From Mayamaea pseudoterrestris (lineage: Eukaryota): 64,000 bases of DNA. The stretch lies in NCBI GenBank assembly GCA_027923505.1, contig BROI01000003.1:310001-374000 (forward strand), read 5' to 3'. Position 1 is the first letter of the stretch. The number at the start of each line of letters is the position of its first letter. A program made the position numbers and the translations under genes. The notes below the pieces were generated by a model that was not told the origin of the DNA, did no database searches, and saw nothing but the letters and a program-made list of their open reading frames with translations. Below are positions 45,328-57,900 of this stretch, piece after piece.

Positions 45328-48060
45328 ATGGCGGATCCATCGTCGTCAACTGCAGGAGATGCAGCCTCCAAGCAGCAACACGAGGTAGTCATGAACGACA
45401 AACTCGTGATTGACTATTTGAAGAAGAAGGGCCTCGGCACGGCCGCCGTCCAGCTCGAGCAGCAGCTACTTGCCGCAACAGCGTCATCGCACGAGCGACT
45501 GCAGTTGGAAGACGCGCAGAGCCGCAACCAGCGGTCACTCATCACCAAAAGCACCGGCAGCGGCTACTATGGGCATGACCGCGACAGCGCTTGGCCCATT
45601 GTGCAGTGGGGAGTGCCGGATACGACGCTGGCAATCAGTGAGAATGAAGTCAATGATTCCGCGAAACAAACAAGTATTATGGGACTTGAAGAAGCGCGAG
45701 CCTATTTGAATGCCTTTTGCTCCATTCAACTATGGGTATTGAGTTTGCCGGATCATGGACATGGCGAAGCGACCCGGCAAGTGACGACGAATCCAATACG
45801 CATGGCCGAGCAGTTGATTCAGGCGATCGGGTCGTTGGAGCAAGTCATTCAGCAGCTATCGTCAAAGCAGCAGCAGCAGTCTGATGACGCAAACGTTGAT
45901 TTAGTCTTTTACAACTTGCCGCCATCCTGCAAACCAGAACTCTTGTCTATTTGCTTTGCTCTACTCGTTCACACATACTGCGAGTTGCTGGAGGTTGGCA
46001 TGGAAACAACGGCTCACTTGCTGCGCGACGCCTTTCGGCCAGTGTATGCGACGCTCTACGCCACCGAGTGGAACGATTTGGATCAGTGCACGACGGTCGA
46101 AGATATTGTCCGGCTCAACTCGTATAATAGTCAGCATATGGAAACGATTAGTGCGCTCAAGGCGATTCTTGTGCAGATTGCTTCCTATCAGTCGCGTTGC
46201 GAGGAATTAATGAATGCCAAGACGAATAGCAACATCAATAATGAACACGACACCAAGATTCAAGAGTACCAAAAGAACATTACTTTGCTCCAGCAAAAGT
46301 ATGACGAACTTTCGCCACGAGCAAGTCAAGCCTACGACAAGATGCTTCACGTTCCCTTTTTGCGGCGGGCGCGCGCCGTGCGCTGGCAATTGACCATTTC
46401 CAGTGCCACCTACGGCATGCTTTGCGCCTACATGAATTCCAAGGACGAGTCGCTACTACTGATGAGTGCCTTGCTGCAAACCAAGTGTGAGTTGCATGTG
46501 GAACGGCGACACCCCTTGCCTTTCACGCCAGCGTGCGTGTTGATGGAAGATAATGACGGTCTGTCGTCGTTTGACGTGAACAAGGTGGAAATCAATTGGG
46601 CGGCACCTGCAATAGTTAACGGTCAAAAGGCTGGAGAAGTGTTACCTTTTCCCAAGTTTCACTTGGATGAGGAGTATGACAATGCAGATCAAGCAAGCAT
46701 TGATAAAAAGCGGGTGGAGTTTAATAGAGCATTGCTGATCAATGGGTTTCGGCGATTGGAAGCTATTGAGCGAAAAAGAGAATACGAGTCCTTGCCAGGA
46801 TTGTTAAAGAAGCGTTTAAAGGAGGATAGCAATCAGATAGTAGCGCAAGGTAATCCATTGAAACCATCAATCATGCTCATGACGTTAATGGCAAGCTCAT
46901 CAGGACCAGTATTGCGCTCCAATGGACCATCAACGACTGTGCCTGCTACCAACATTTCGAGCATTTGGGAGGAATCTGGCATTGGGCTTTGCTGTGCGAG
47001 GGCCTCTCCGCCTGATGGTCGGCGGGTGGCAGTTGGCTGCGATGACTCGGCTATCCGAATCTACGATTCCATGGATACGACTCGCGTAGAACCTTCAATG
47101 GTACTGTTGGGTCACAGAAACGGTTTTCCTGTGTTTGATCTCGACTGGAACAGAGACGGCACGAGTTTGTTTAGTGCCGGGGGCGATGGTGCCGTTCGTT
47201 TGTGGGATACCAAGGCTGTTGGTCCGTTCGGAGAGGTCGCTGACCTATCTGTGCCAGAACCAGCCGGTGGCATTTCTACGATTTCATCGTCGCAAACGCT
47301 ATGGCCAGTAAGAGTTGATGATCCGACCGGTGTATCAGGGCTTAAACCTGAGAACAGCGCGTACCACAGTGGTGCTGCCCTTGCTGTGTACAGAGGTCAT
47401 GTGCCGAACACTCCAATTTGGTCTGTTTCCTGTGCACCTTCGGGTTACTACTTTGCCTCGGCTGGAGCTGATTACTCAGCACGATTATGGGTGACGGATC
47501 GAGCAACTAGCCCGGTGCGTCTTTTTACAGGACATACATCTGCCAACGTAAACTGTGTGGAGTGGCATCCCAACTGCAACTACATCATCACGGGCGCGGA
47601 TGATAAGACAGCGAGACTGTGGGACATTCAAAGTGGCTCTACAGTTCGGCTTTTGGATGGATGTGGAGCTGGAATTAACTCAGTTAAGATTTCTCCAAAT
47701 GGGCAGTATGCGGCTGCATCCGACTACAATGGCATTGTTCACATTTGGGACCTTGGAATGGGTAAGAAGGTCACGGAGTTGCGATCCCAGTTGACTAGCC
47801 AGCGACAAGATACCTTGATGATTCACGCGTTGAGTTTCAGTCCGTGCGGAACTACATTGGCGACGGGTGGCGATTTGTGCGTCAATATTTGGGACGTGCG
47901 ATCATCAACCATTTCACAAAAACCTATTATTGCTACACCAGCGCACAAGTACCCGACAAACAAGACCATAATCATGGATTTAAGCTACACCAAGCGAAAC
48001 CTGCTGTTGTCAGTTGGCAAAGTCGTCACGCCAGTGCCGCTGATCATTGATGAGGAGTAG
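45328..48060 (+). CDS. TAF5: TFIID subunit 5 (LisH, NTD2, WD40)
   Basis: VIDYLKKKG (LisH), FALLVHTYCEL (NTD2), and WD40 repeats GYYFASAG.D.SARLW and HPNCNYIITG.DDKTARLWD. Confidence 0.88.
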   Translation: MADPSSSTAGDAASKQQHEVVMNDKLVIDYLKKKGLGTAAVQLEQQLLAATASSHERLQLEDAQSRNQRSLITKSTGSGYYGHDRDSAWPIVQWGVPDTTLAISENEVNDSAKQTSIMGLEEARAYLNAFCSIQLWVLSLPDHGHGEATRQVTTNPIRMAEQLIQAIGSLEQVIQQLSSKQQQQSDDANVDLVFYNLPPSCKPELLSICFALLVHTYCELLEVGMETTAHLLRDAFRPVYATLYATEWNDLDQCTTVEDIVRLNSYNSQHMETISALKAILVQIASYQSRCEELMNAKTNSNINNEHDTKIQEYQKNITLLQQKYDELSPRASQAYDKMLHVPFLRRARAVRWQLTISSATYGMLCAYMNSKDESLLLMSALLQTKCELHVERRHPLPFTPACVLMEDNDGLSSFDVNKVEINWAAPAIVNGQKAGEVLPFPKFHLDEEYDNADQASIDKKRVEFNRALLINGFRRLEAIERKREYESLPGLLKKRLKEDSNQIVAQGNPLKPSIMLMTLMASSSGPVLRSNGPSTTVPATNISSIWEESGIGLCCARASPPDGRRVAVGCDDSAIRIYDSMDTTRVEPSMVLLGHRNGFPVFDLDWNRDGTSLFSAGGDGAVRLWDTKAVGPFGEVADLSVPEPAGGISTISSSQTLWPVRVDDPTGVSGLKPENSAYHSGAALAVYRGHVPNTPIWSVSCAPSGYYFASAGADYSARLWVTDRATSPVRLFTGHTSANVNCVEWHPNCNYIITGADDKTARLWDIQSGSTVRLLDGCGAGINSVKISPNGQYAAASDYNGIVHIWDLGMGKKVTELRSQLTSQRQDTLMIHALSFSPCGTTLATGGDLCVNIWDVRSSTISQKPIIATPAHKYPTNKTIIMDLSYTKRNLLLSVGKVVTPVPLIIDEE

Positions 48061-48151
48061 ATACACTTTTGCACATTGAAGTCTGACAGTAGCGTCCATT
48101 TAAACAAAACGAATGTATCGTTACAATGTTTTTGTGATTTTTATTACTTGT

Positions 48152-49891
48152 TTAACACGGTACAATGGAAGTTGGAACCGCTCCGGCCGTCAATTCTCCA
48201 AACGCATTCTCCAAGCATCTCGCCACATCCGCATAGGTCACCACCATCAAACTTTGCCCATCCCTCGAAGCCAGCACAATCTGCTCCGGCGAGGCCACAT
48301 CCAACTTGTTGAGCGCCGTCACAACATGTCCCAAATCCATCACCGGATAGCCAGCGCCATCGGCTTGATGAAAGACAAAGTCACGAAAGAGGGTGAGAAT
48401 GTAACAGTCACCTGACTGCGACCACTGTCGATTGTTTGGTCCAAACTCGGGCCGCTCGTTGACAAAGCCTAGTTTTAGCAAGAGTCGCAACGCTCGACCA
48501 GAGTCGTACTCGGCAGCCAGTGCATGCTCCGTTTTATTTAATGCGGAAAGTGTTGCATCCATTTGGTCAAAGCTGTGATGAACCAATGCTCGGCTGACAT
48601 CGGCAATCGACGGTGGCGCAGCTGCAAACAAGTTCATGAGCAAATTGATTACATCCCGACTATACTGTCGATCTACATGTGCAAAGCAGCTGTTGAGCGA
48701 TTCTCGTTCGTTCGTAATTGCGGATGTAACAGTGGTGCCCATGCACAAGGAAAGCATCAACCGACCAAGTCGCCTCAAGTCTTCCTTTTGCAGCTCCATC
48801 ACCGGCTTGCGACTTTCAAACTCTAAAGCATCCAAAATGCCAACGCCGCTGATATGAACGCGCAAATGGTGAGGGTCGTTGTTGATTGCTGCTGCCGACG
48901 CATGAGTCGATTCCGTCGCCAGTGCTGGAATGGTTGTCACCAAAACGTGGGACCAGTCCAAAATGCGCACCGCCAGTTGCCTGGCATGCGCCCATCGAAT
49001 GGCGCTCACCAGCTGCGTCACAATGCTCCATAGAACGGCTTCTGGTATGAGAGTTTGATTCGTTCGATGACTGTTGGTATGCTGCTGTTGCAGACTAAAT
49101 TTATGTTCCAGTGATTGCGCACCAAACAAGTAGGAATGAACGAAAAAGACGGCACGCTGCGCCACAAAGCATTGCGAGAGCGGAACAATGGATGGATGGT
49201 ACGGGCCGCTACTGCTAGATCCATCGTTTGGTGCCACCACATTGTTCCACTTGGCCAAGACGGTTGCCGCAATCTTGGGCGAAACACTGCGAACCGTATC
49301 AAAGCGTCGTAGTGAATATAAATGTCCGTCTTGACGATTGGTCACTTGAAATACTGTCGAAGGATGTCCAAATATTTCGCGTGACTTTTCCTGCTCGAGC
49401 AGAAAAGCATTCGAATATGGAAAGGGAATGGCGTGGTGGAGAGGGTCGAGTGGATCTAGTTGGCGAGTGCTTTCCAGCGATAGATTGCGATAGTGTCTCC
49501 ATAAATTGTCTGATACTCCAAGTGAATGAAGACCTCGAAACGTGGGTTCTGTAGGTGGAGGAGGCATTGGACCAGCTGGAACGGTGGACTCGTCGTAGGT
49601 TGCATCTGCACCGAGAGCATCGTGATGATAGTCTTGGTTGTCGTTGAAAGTTTCGTCACCATCTCCATATTCATGTTCTTCCGCACTTTGCTGCTGCTCT
49701 GAGACATTTGCAATCCATCCTTGGCCTGGAACAAACTCCTTGATTGCTGCTGACGACGACGAACCTGTTACAGATGTTTGGCTAATTTTCCTCGTTGCTT
49801 GTTGCTGAGGTAGCGCCGTCGTCGTTCCGCCTGGCTTCCATTCCGATGCGCTCATATTGAGCCGACCAAAGTTGCTGTTCACTTCATCCAT
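48152..49891 (-). CDS. PAN3: PAN2-PAN3 deadenylase subunit PAN3 (pseudokinase + knob)
   Basis: GRALRLLLKLGFVNERPE, WSQSGDCY, LFRDFVFHQ, DLGHVVTALNKLD and N-terminal PAM2-like motifs. Confidence 0.92.
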   Translation of the reverse strand: MDEVNSNFGRLNMSASEWKPGGTTTALPQQQATRKISQTSVTGSSSSAAIKEFVPGQGWIANVSEQQQSAEEHEYGDGDETFNDNQDYHHDALGADATYDESTVPAGPMPPPPTEPTFRGLHSLGVSDNLWRHYRNLSLESTRQLDPLDPLHHAIPFPYSNAFLLEQEKSREIFGHPSTVFQVTNRQDGHLYSLRRFDTVRSVSPKIAATVLAKWNNVVAPNDGSSSSGPYHPSIVPLSQCFVAQRAVFFVHSYLFGAQSLEHKFSLQQQHTNSHRTNQTLIPEAVLWSIVTQLVSAIRWAHARQLAVRILDWSHVLVTTIPALATESTHASAAAINNDPHHLRVHISGVGILDALEFESRKPVMELQKEDLRRLGRLMLSLCMGTTVTSAITNERESLNSCFAHVDRQYSRDVINLLMNLFAAAPPSIADVSRALVHHSFDQMDATLSALNKTEHALAAEYDSGRALRLLLKLGFVNERPEFGPNNRQWSQSGDCYILTLFRDFVFHQADGAGYPVMDLGHVVTALNKLDVASPEQIVLASRDGQSLMVVTYADVARCLENAFGELTAGAVPTSIVPC

Positions 49892-50127
49892 GGTTTGTGT
49901 ATTTTTATTATTTTTCCGTGAAACAAACGCAGCAGCAACCGTTTGGATGAGCGGCATTGCGCCATGGTGACAGCAACGAGAAAAGATCCGCGAATAGTAC
50001 GTCAGCGAAAGCGTCGTAATGGTACTGATGTGTAACAGTGCGACGCGAACAGTTTTCATGGGAGTCGCGCTTTCGTTTTTCACCATGGGAATTCTGTGAA
50101 ACTTAACACTTACTGTTAGTCGTTGCC

Positions 50128-50699
50128 ATGGTGCGATTCAAATCTCGGTTCATCTTAATCACTATAGACTTTCCAACAGCGAGCAAAAATGGCAAGCAAG
50201 TGGAATTTCCGAGCAAGCAAGAGTTGAGTCGAGCGCTTAGAGATCATTTCATTGAAACGAATGGCATCTCTGTCAGTGGAGTTGCTCTCGACATACAAGG
50301 TATGATGATGTGCAGGTGCAAGACTAACAAGTGATATGAAAAATCTCATGTTATGTCCTCTCATTATTCTTTATTTCAGTGAGATTCTACAACCCCGAAA
50401 CACGCCTCTGTTTGGTTCGCGTTCCAAGGAGTGACGCGGCACGAATACGAGCCTCCTTTTGCTTCTTGTCGAGCCTTGCGTCTAGACGAGCCATGTTGTC
50501 GACAATTTCAGTTCATGGAAGTGCTCGGACGGCCAAGCGAGCAGTTATTAAGGAGATTGCGCGTATATACAAGGCGAAGATACTGGAAACAAATGGGGTC
50601 ATGGATTCAGTCTTGGACAATCGATTGAAAAGCCAATTACATGGCTTGAGTCAAAGCGTGCAGGAAGTGATTGCCACAGTACAGGCCATTGACTATTGA
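50128..50699 (+). CDS. POP5: RNase P/MRP protein subunit Pop5, 2 exons
   Basis: MVRFKSRFIL, then LCLVRVPR...IHGSART-like (VHGSART). The intron is at about 50300-50378. Confidence 0.8.
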
Positions 50700-50847
50700 A
50701 GTATCAAGCAGCTGTCAAAAGAATTGGAATGCACAATCGATTAGCAGCAAGGGCGTCAGCAGAGCAAATAGTCTGCTCACTCGACGCACAAAAGCTATCA
50801 CGTTCTAAGGACAGTCTTATGTATAAATTATCAATCATTGCTATAAA

Positions 50848-51431
50848 TTAGGTACTAACACGAGCATTGATGCGTTCATTGAATGCGCGTCCAGCTGGGT
50901 TGACTGTAAAGTACTTTTCATACTTCTTGAACTGGACCTTGTCGTTATCGGTCAGTCCCTCAATCTTGTAAATGTCCGACACGACCTTGTAGGGTCCATG
51001 ACTTGCAATCTTTCCAGCTGCGTGAGGGAACATGCCTGGAAAGCTCATGTAATCGCCCTGTACGAGAATTGTGAGCGCATAGGTAAAAAAACGGATTGAA
51101 CCTAGCAGAGGCAGCACAATGCTTAGTTCACTTCATAAGGTGGCTGACTTACCACAAAGGCTGAATTAAGGTCGACTTTGCCTCCCTGACGCATTTGAGC
51201 AGGCTCAAACAACTTTTCAGGCTCAAAGAAGGTGGTAGAAGAGGCTGCAAAAGCTTGTGGAGTCATGGCAGCCGCGCCGATGCAGCCACCCACAACAGCC
51301 AAAAGGTCGCGACGGGTAACATCCAGACAAGTCGAAGTAACAGACTTGGGAATGACAGTAGGAGCAAATGCAACTGCGGTGGAAGCGATTGTCGCGATTG
51401 CCGCGACGGAAAAGGTACTTATGAATCGCAT
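50848..51431 (-). CDS. psbU: Photosystem II extrinsic PsbU-like protein, plastid/lumen targeted, 2 exons
   Basis: Presequence ...TAVA-FAP, twin-Arg RRDLL and AFA cleavage site. The mature part reads KVDLNSAFV|GDYMSFPGMFPHAAGKIASHGPY. Confidence 0.75.
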
Positions 51432-51929
51432 GATGCAATGGGTAGATGACAAAGGTTTGTTTCGAACTAAAAAGTGATGGAGAATGACGTCGGATAAGAA
51501 TCAAATCACAATCAAATATCCAAAACTCTAGATTCGCACCTCCTAGTAACCTCGATGTGAAGTATAACTAATCAAAACCGAAGATGTTTGCAACACGAAT
51601 CGGCCAAGATCTTTGTTGATGATGGTGATGGGTTTGTCGAGCCATCACGATGTTTCGTGTCGGACTGGGACCGACTAGCTATGAGACACCACTTCAATTG
51701 TCACGACCAAAAATTCACAACAAACAACGCGAGACAATGAGCGTACACATATACATTTTAATATTGTAACTATGCTACCGATAGCACATGCTACTTAACA
51801 ATAATATTTGATTTAACAGGAAATGTAAACTCGCTCGAATGTAGTTAGGGCGCAAATGCATAGGAACGTGAGCTCCAAAATGCATTCCACTACTTCGTAC
51901 AAACATGTAAAAACGCTTTTGCTGCTGAC

Positions 51930-54900
51930 TTAACTCTCAGCAGCGTGGTATAGCTCATTCTGCGCTTGACGGCGTCTGTCGTCCATGAGTTGTTGTTGCT
52001 GGCGGAGGCGAGCATATCTTTCTCGAATACGATCGCAGAATGGGATCGGACAGTGACCTCGTACGCCGCACAATCGCGAGTGCATAGCAAAAAGTGACAG
52101 CAGGCGATTGCAAGTGCGACAGTCCTTCTTTGGCTTGATGCTACAGCTTTGAATGTGCTCAAATAGACTCTTCATGCGGACGCAATTCTGTAAGGCACAA
52201 GCGGGAGCGCCCTGACAATGCCCGGCATGTTCGAGAAGCGCAATGTGAGTCTTCAAAGCTTTACTGCGCTCCTCACGAGTGCCTGTAGCTTCTTGAGTGA
52301 TCTCTTCCTCGGTGTTGATTGGTGTAAAGGTATGCGATGGGTCATGAGCGAAGCGTGCATCTCGCTTCGCCCATTCGCCACTAGTAACGGGCGCGTAGCA
52401 ATTTTGACAAAGGTCAAAGTCCGGGCATTTATTGCAATGGTACCGAAAGCCATGCGTTATATCCACGTAGCAAGCGCTACACTGCTGCAAAAACTTTGGT
52501 GCCGTCGGGTTGTGAAGTTGAAAAAGAACCATCATTGACGAATGCTTCGCTCGTCGTTGCTCGTCAAATTGGCAATGGTTCGTCTGACAATAGTTCAAAA
52601 ATAACTGCCGCGACTCAAACATTTCGCTTTCAATCAATTCGTCGACGTCCGACGTGTCGCCGACTGGCTGTCCAGAATGAACGATACCTTGGTCCGCAAA
52701 ATGACTCTTGATAGCCGGTGCAATTTCATTTAAAGCCCGCTTCTTAATGCTCTGCGTCTCAGCGTCGTCGAGAGTCATCTTGCTAGAAGTCTCTTCGTCG
52801 GCGAACACTTCGAGTGAGTTGCTCAAACCACTAGCAGCCATTGGTTGCGGTGCCTCAGCGTCTATTTCATCGCCTGAACTCTTGTTCCTCCCTTCATGGC
52901 TTTCATCTAGCATCATGATTGGCGCGCTTGTTGTAGCATCGACTTCTGGAAGGACCGGAATGGCGGTAACGTTTGTACTGTTGTCGGCGGATCCTCCAAG
53001 CCCAATATCCTTGGCGAATCTCGAACTATTCTGTTCAAAATCAACCTGTACAGAAGAATCCGAAACGTTGGTCAAACTGTTGTCTAATTTCCGCTCCTCT
53101 GGACCGGGATGTGCGATAGCAAAGGCAGCTGGTAAAACGTTGGTGCATGGTTCTCTAGTGGACTGATTAGCTGCTGGTATGATATGTTGGTCATCGACGA
53201 GCTGTTGTGCTTCTTTATCCTTATTTCCAGCAGTGTCACACGATAAAACCTCATTTGCATGCTCTGTCTGCTTCGTTTCTTCTATTTCAGTCAAATTGTC
53301 GCTTGGACTAGACTCAGCAACGCTTTCTGTTTGAGCTGCTACAACATCAAGACGGATATCGTCAGATGAGCCAACACGTTCCCGCTGGCGACCCTCGACA
53401 TCATCAACGCACAACACCACTGATTCGCTTGTTGAGCTTCCTTCTGGTGTACCATCAACTGGCATAACCGCGCTCACTGACGCTACTGCGCTCACTGTCA
53501 ATCCCGAGGCGGTCTCAAACGGAGCCTTCTCTGACGTCGATGAGGGTTTATCAGGACCCTTCCCGCTGATTTTCGCTCGTTTGCTTCGGACCACTTCGTC
53601 GTCACTATCTTCCGGCCAGTTGGAAACATCCTCTCCTTCCTCGACAGCGGCGGCAAATCGTCTGCTACGTAAGTGCGCGACGATAAAGTTTTCCTTCATC
53701 TTCAGCACGTTATGTCCGAGGCGTCGCATGACCTCGCTTTCCAGTGCTTCAGGAGTCGTTGCCTGGCCTTGTGATTTAATTCCTCGGAGTATGATTTCGA
53801 GTTCTCCTGGTATATAATCACCTTCAAAGTATGGCAGACACGTAGGATCCGCGCGCTTCGACGGTCCGCGGACCACGTCGTTTGCAAAGTATTCATCGAA
53901 CAAGCTCGTTGTTTGAATGACGATACCTTCTGTCTTCGCCTTTGTCAAGATATTATCGTACCAGGCTCGAAGCATGTCCTCCCGAGGAAACTTTTGGTGC
54001 TCAGGATGACAGTAAAAAATGTAGTCATCCCCAGGCGTAGGCGGGCAACTCCATATGTGGGCTGTATGAAAGCCTCTTCTTTTAACGTGTCGCAAGTATT
54101 CAACAAGAATCGATTGATAAACGACGGTGCGGTAACACCTGGGCTCAAAATACTGGACTGAGTCCAAATACGATATATACACTCGTCGTCTGTTCGGTGC
54201 TGGGCAATCATGACCATACTCGTAAACATACATTGCAAAGAGAAGTGTATCGACACCGTCAAGTGTTTGAAACAAGGCGATGCATTTCGACTTAAAGGGG
54301 AAGGATGTCTTGCATCCTTTTAACTCGTATAGTCGGGCCATCTGCAATAAGCATTGATGAGTTCGTGATAATTCCATGCTTCATGATTGTCACAGATCTT
54401 CTTTGACTTACCTCATTACCAACAAAGTGTTTCTTTTCGACATTAGCAAGCACACGAACAGACAATCCTTCTGCTTTTTCGACCTCTTCTATCCCAACCG
54501 CCAAGTCTTTAGCGCGAGACTGGTATGCCACTTGAAGGGCGCCAATTAAGCCTTTCTCTATCGCCTGACTCAATGTGCTTTGCGGAAGATCGCTTGCTCC
54601 CTTCACAGTTGTAAGTGGCGGATCAATAAGTCCTGCATCGACCTTTTTGAGATAGCAGTTTGGGCAGGTGTATGAAGCATTCGACTTATTTGTCCGGCCA
54701 TTGAAAAGACCACACACCTGGTGACACCATGAGTTGCATTCGTCGCAGTTTACCCATCCTTCTTCTGGAAGAGCATCATTCTTAAATTCTTGCAAATCCT
54801 TTTTGTAGGTTTCCGTGCCGTCGTCCAAAATAATCGGATCATCGGGTTGAAGAAGCTCGTAACAGCCCATACACCAGTGATTTTGCTTCGTCCGATCAGT

Positions 54901-57900
54901 GACATATGAATCCTGTCGCTTTATCCTCTGCATGCCACATTTGCCCCGACAGTAGAGGATCGTCGGCTCGAACATTCGTTTCTGCGTACCGCAAAGCGAA
55001 CAAGCTTCACCTTTGCTTTCTAAAGTCTGCTGCGACGATTCGATGCCTTGGACAAGTGCCGAGTAAAGCTGCTCAAACTTGGTCAATAAGGACCTGGCAA
55101 GAGCTCCCACCTCGCTCTCCTCTCCGTTATACAATATTGCATTTTCAAAGACAAGCTTTGTGTCGCGGGCAAACGACTCAAGGTCGGCGTAAATAGCACT
55201 ATCAAGCTTCTTTCTGACGAGGTCAAGATGCATGGGATTTTTAACAACATCGAAGTAATCCGGCAAACCAAGCGCAACTGGGTCGACAGGATCTGCAAAC
55301 ACCCAGCCGAACTGATCATCAATAATTTCCTGGATGATAGGCAGGCATTTGTGCGACACCGTCCGAGGTGATAATCGAATCTTCTTGTTCAATGACTCTA
55401 GGTGTCGTGTGATATTTTCTCGAGTCAACGCCGTGATCAGTGACGTGCCAAGCGAAGTGCTCGGCAGAAGATAGGGAGGGACGGATTGCTCCGACACATC
55501 CAAATCTTTCGATAACGGGGCCAAAGCACGAGCGGCAGCGGCCTTTGCCTTCTTTTGCGAACGCTCCTTCCCGCCAGCTGTGCCAGCTGTAACTATTCGC
55601 TTCTTTTGAGCCTTGGGCATTTCATTCCGACCGGCTGCAATGTTGGCGAACCCTTTACCTATGCCAGAGCCCCTTCTTGCTGCTTTTCCGCGCATTATAC
55701 TACTTCCCTGATATTGTGGGTTAAGTAGCTGCCCTTCACCGACGCCGGCGACTAATGGATGATTGTCATGACTTGCATGCTGCGCTTGAGGCTGGGAAAA
55801 TTGCAACGGTAGCTGCTGCGGTGGCGCCTCTACTTGAACTTGTGCCGCTGCCGCCTGCGCTTGAAGTTGTTGGGCAGCCATGGTCAATCCAGCCTGCAAC
55901 TGCTGCGCCGCCCCTTGGTGCAAATTTTGCGTCAACCGAGAACTGGTTTGAAGCATATGCTGCTGCAGGGGCTGAGTGACAGCAGGCATTATGTTCCCTG
56001 CCTGCTGTTGCAACTCGTTCTGTAACAAGTTTTGCTGCTGCTGGCAACGCTTCTGAAGTTCACCGAGTAGCGTCTGCTGCTGATGGAGCTGATATGCTTG
56101 CTGCGAGTTTGGGTCATCAATTCGCTGTTCCTGCTCTTGAAGTCGCTTCTGTTGCTCTTGGAGTTGTTGCTGCTGCTTTTGTAGTTGCTGCAATTGTTCA
56201 ATGCGTAGCTTTAGTTGGGCTTGTAACTGCTGTTGCTGCTGAAGCTGGGATGACATATCGAAGACCTGCTGCTGAGGCTGAGCATTCATTGCCGGTTGCA
56301 TTTGCTGCATGGGAGCCGCACTAGGAGGTTGGCTGTCATGCTGACCAACAAGCGGATCTACTGAACCATCCTCTCGTTCCAGCTGCTTAATTTTCGCCAT
56401 GACTGGTCCGCAGACTTCACACGTGGCAGTCTTTCCCTGGCTTTTGCAAATCCTGTAATGATTAAGAACACACCGACTACTCAAGCAATGCGGCGTTCGG
56501 CACTTTTTGTCCCGGCAAGTCTTCATATGCCTCCATAGAGTGACCATCTGCGGACAAAACCTCGTCGTACAGGCAGGGCCAGCCATGCATTTGCTCGCGT
56601 GACGAAGCAGTAACAATCGCTGCTGCTGTTGAGCAATGACGCGTTTCTTCTGGACTGCATCCGTGTCTTGAAATCGGGAGGAGTCCATATGCAAAGGATC
56701 CGCTTGCCCGCTAAAGCCTCCGACAGTTTGCGACGGGTCATTAGCCAATGCCCATGCTTGCTGTTGCTCCTGTTGGCCCATGACGACATTGCTAGCACCT
56801 CCGAGCGTGTTCATTGCAGCGTTCATGCCACCCGACACTTGTTGCGCGGGCTGCTGCGTCGCATAATTGTCCTGCTGTTGTAGCTGAAACTGATTAAACT
56901 GAGGTGCAGCGACACCGTTGTTGCCAGCGTCCAACTGCTGCGCCTGCTGGACGTTTCCCCACGTCACATCATGCTGCTGCATTACAGGAACGTGAGTACC
57001 GGTAGTACCCGCCGAATGCATCATATTAGTCGCGACATGTTGTTGGGTGGGATGCTGGAAGTTTTGACCCACGTTATTCATTGGCGCGCCTAACGCATCA
57101 TACTGCGGTTGCTGCAGCTGCGTCGAATTATACGAAGGCTGCTGCTGCTGCGCCCACGAAGCGTTTTGTGTCTCGTTGTTTGTATATGCGGCGTTGCCCT
57201 CCAACGATTGCTGATGTTGGCCAAAGGTATTTGCCGCCCCTTGTTGTGCGTAGTTTTTCCCTTGCTGCTGACTGCTAATGCTTGTAGATGATGTCGAACG
57301 GTGCGTTTCAAGGCCTTGAGCTATCGCTTGTAACCTGCTTTTCAAAGTTGCCGTGTTGAGATACTCCTCCTTGGACGGCGCCGATCTATACAAGTGTTCC
57401 TCGAGGCTCTTTGCCATGTGCGGAAGTCTGCAAGGAGGGGAAAACAGAAAACAATTTAGCAAAGAGTTAGTCTCGCTTTTCCAAACAATCCAAATCATAC
57501 ATATGCAGCAGTCCACTTACTTGTCATTCATCTTGGTATTCTCCGGACGCATCATGCGAATCACGTCAAGGATCTGAAAAATGACGCGCCTCCGATCCGG
57601 CAAATCGGAGTTCGACTGCCACCCACCCACAAAGTTTCCGTTCAAATACGAGCGCAAACTCGCATTGTCCGCGCCGCCCGTGGCTGGTGCTACTTGCTGT
57701 CGTTGCGCCGTCGTCGACGTATTGTCCGCAACAATCGTCGCAATGCTTCCACTCGGCTGGTTCGCCACCGAGGCAGAATCCTGCTGCAGCACCCCGCTAC
57801 CCTGTGGCTGCTGCTGCACATTCATGTTTCCATAGTGCTGCTGCCACGACGGAATCTCCGGCTGCTGCGCATGGTTGTTGGCTGCTCCCGATGGTTGTTG

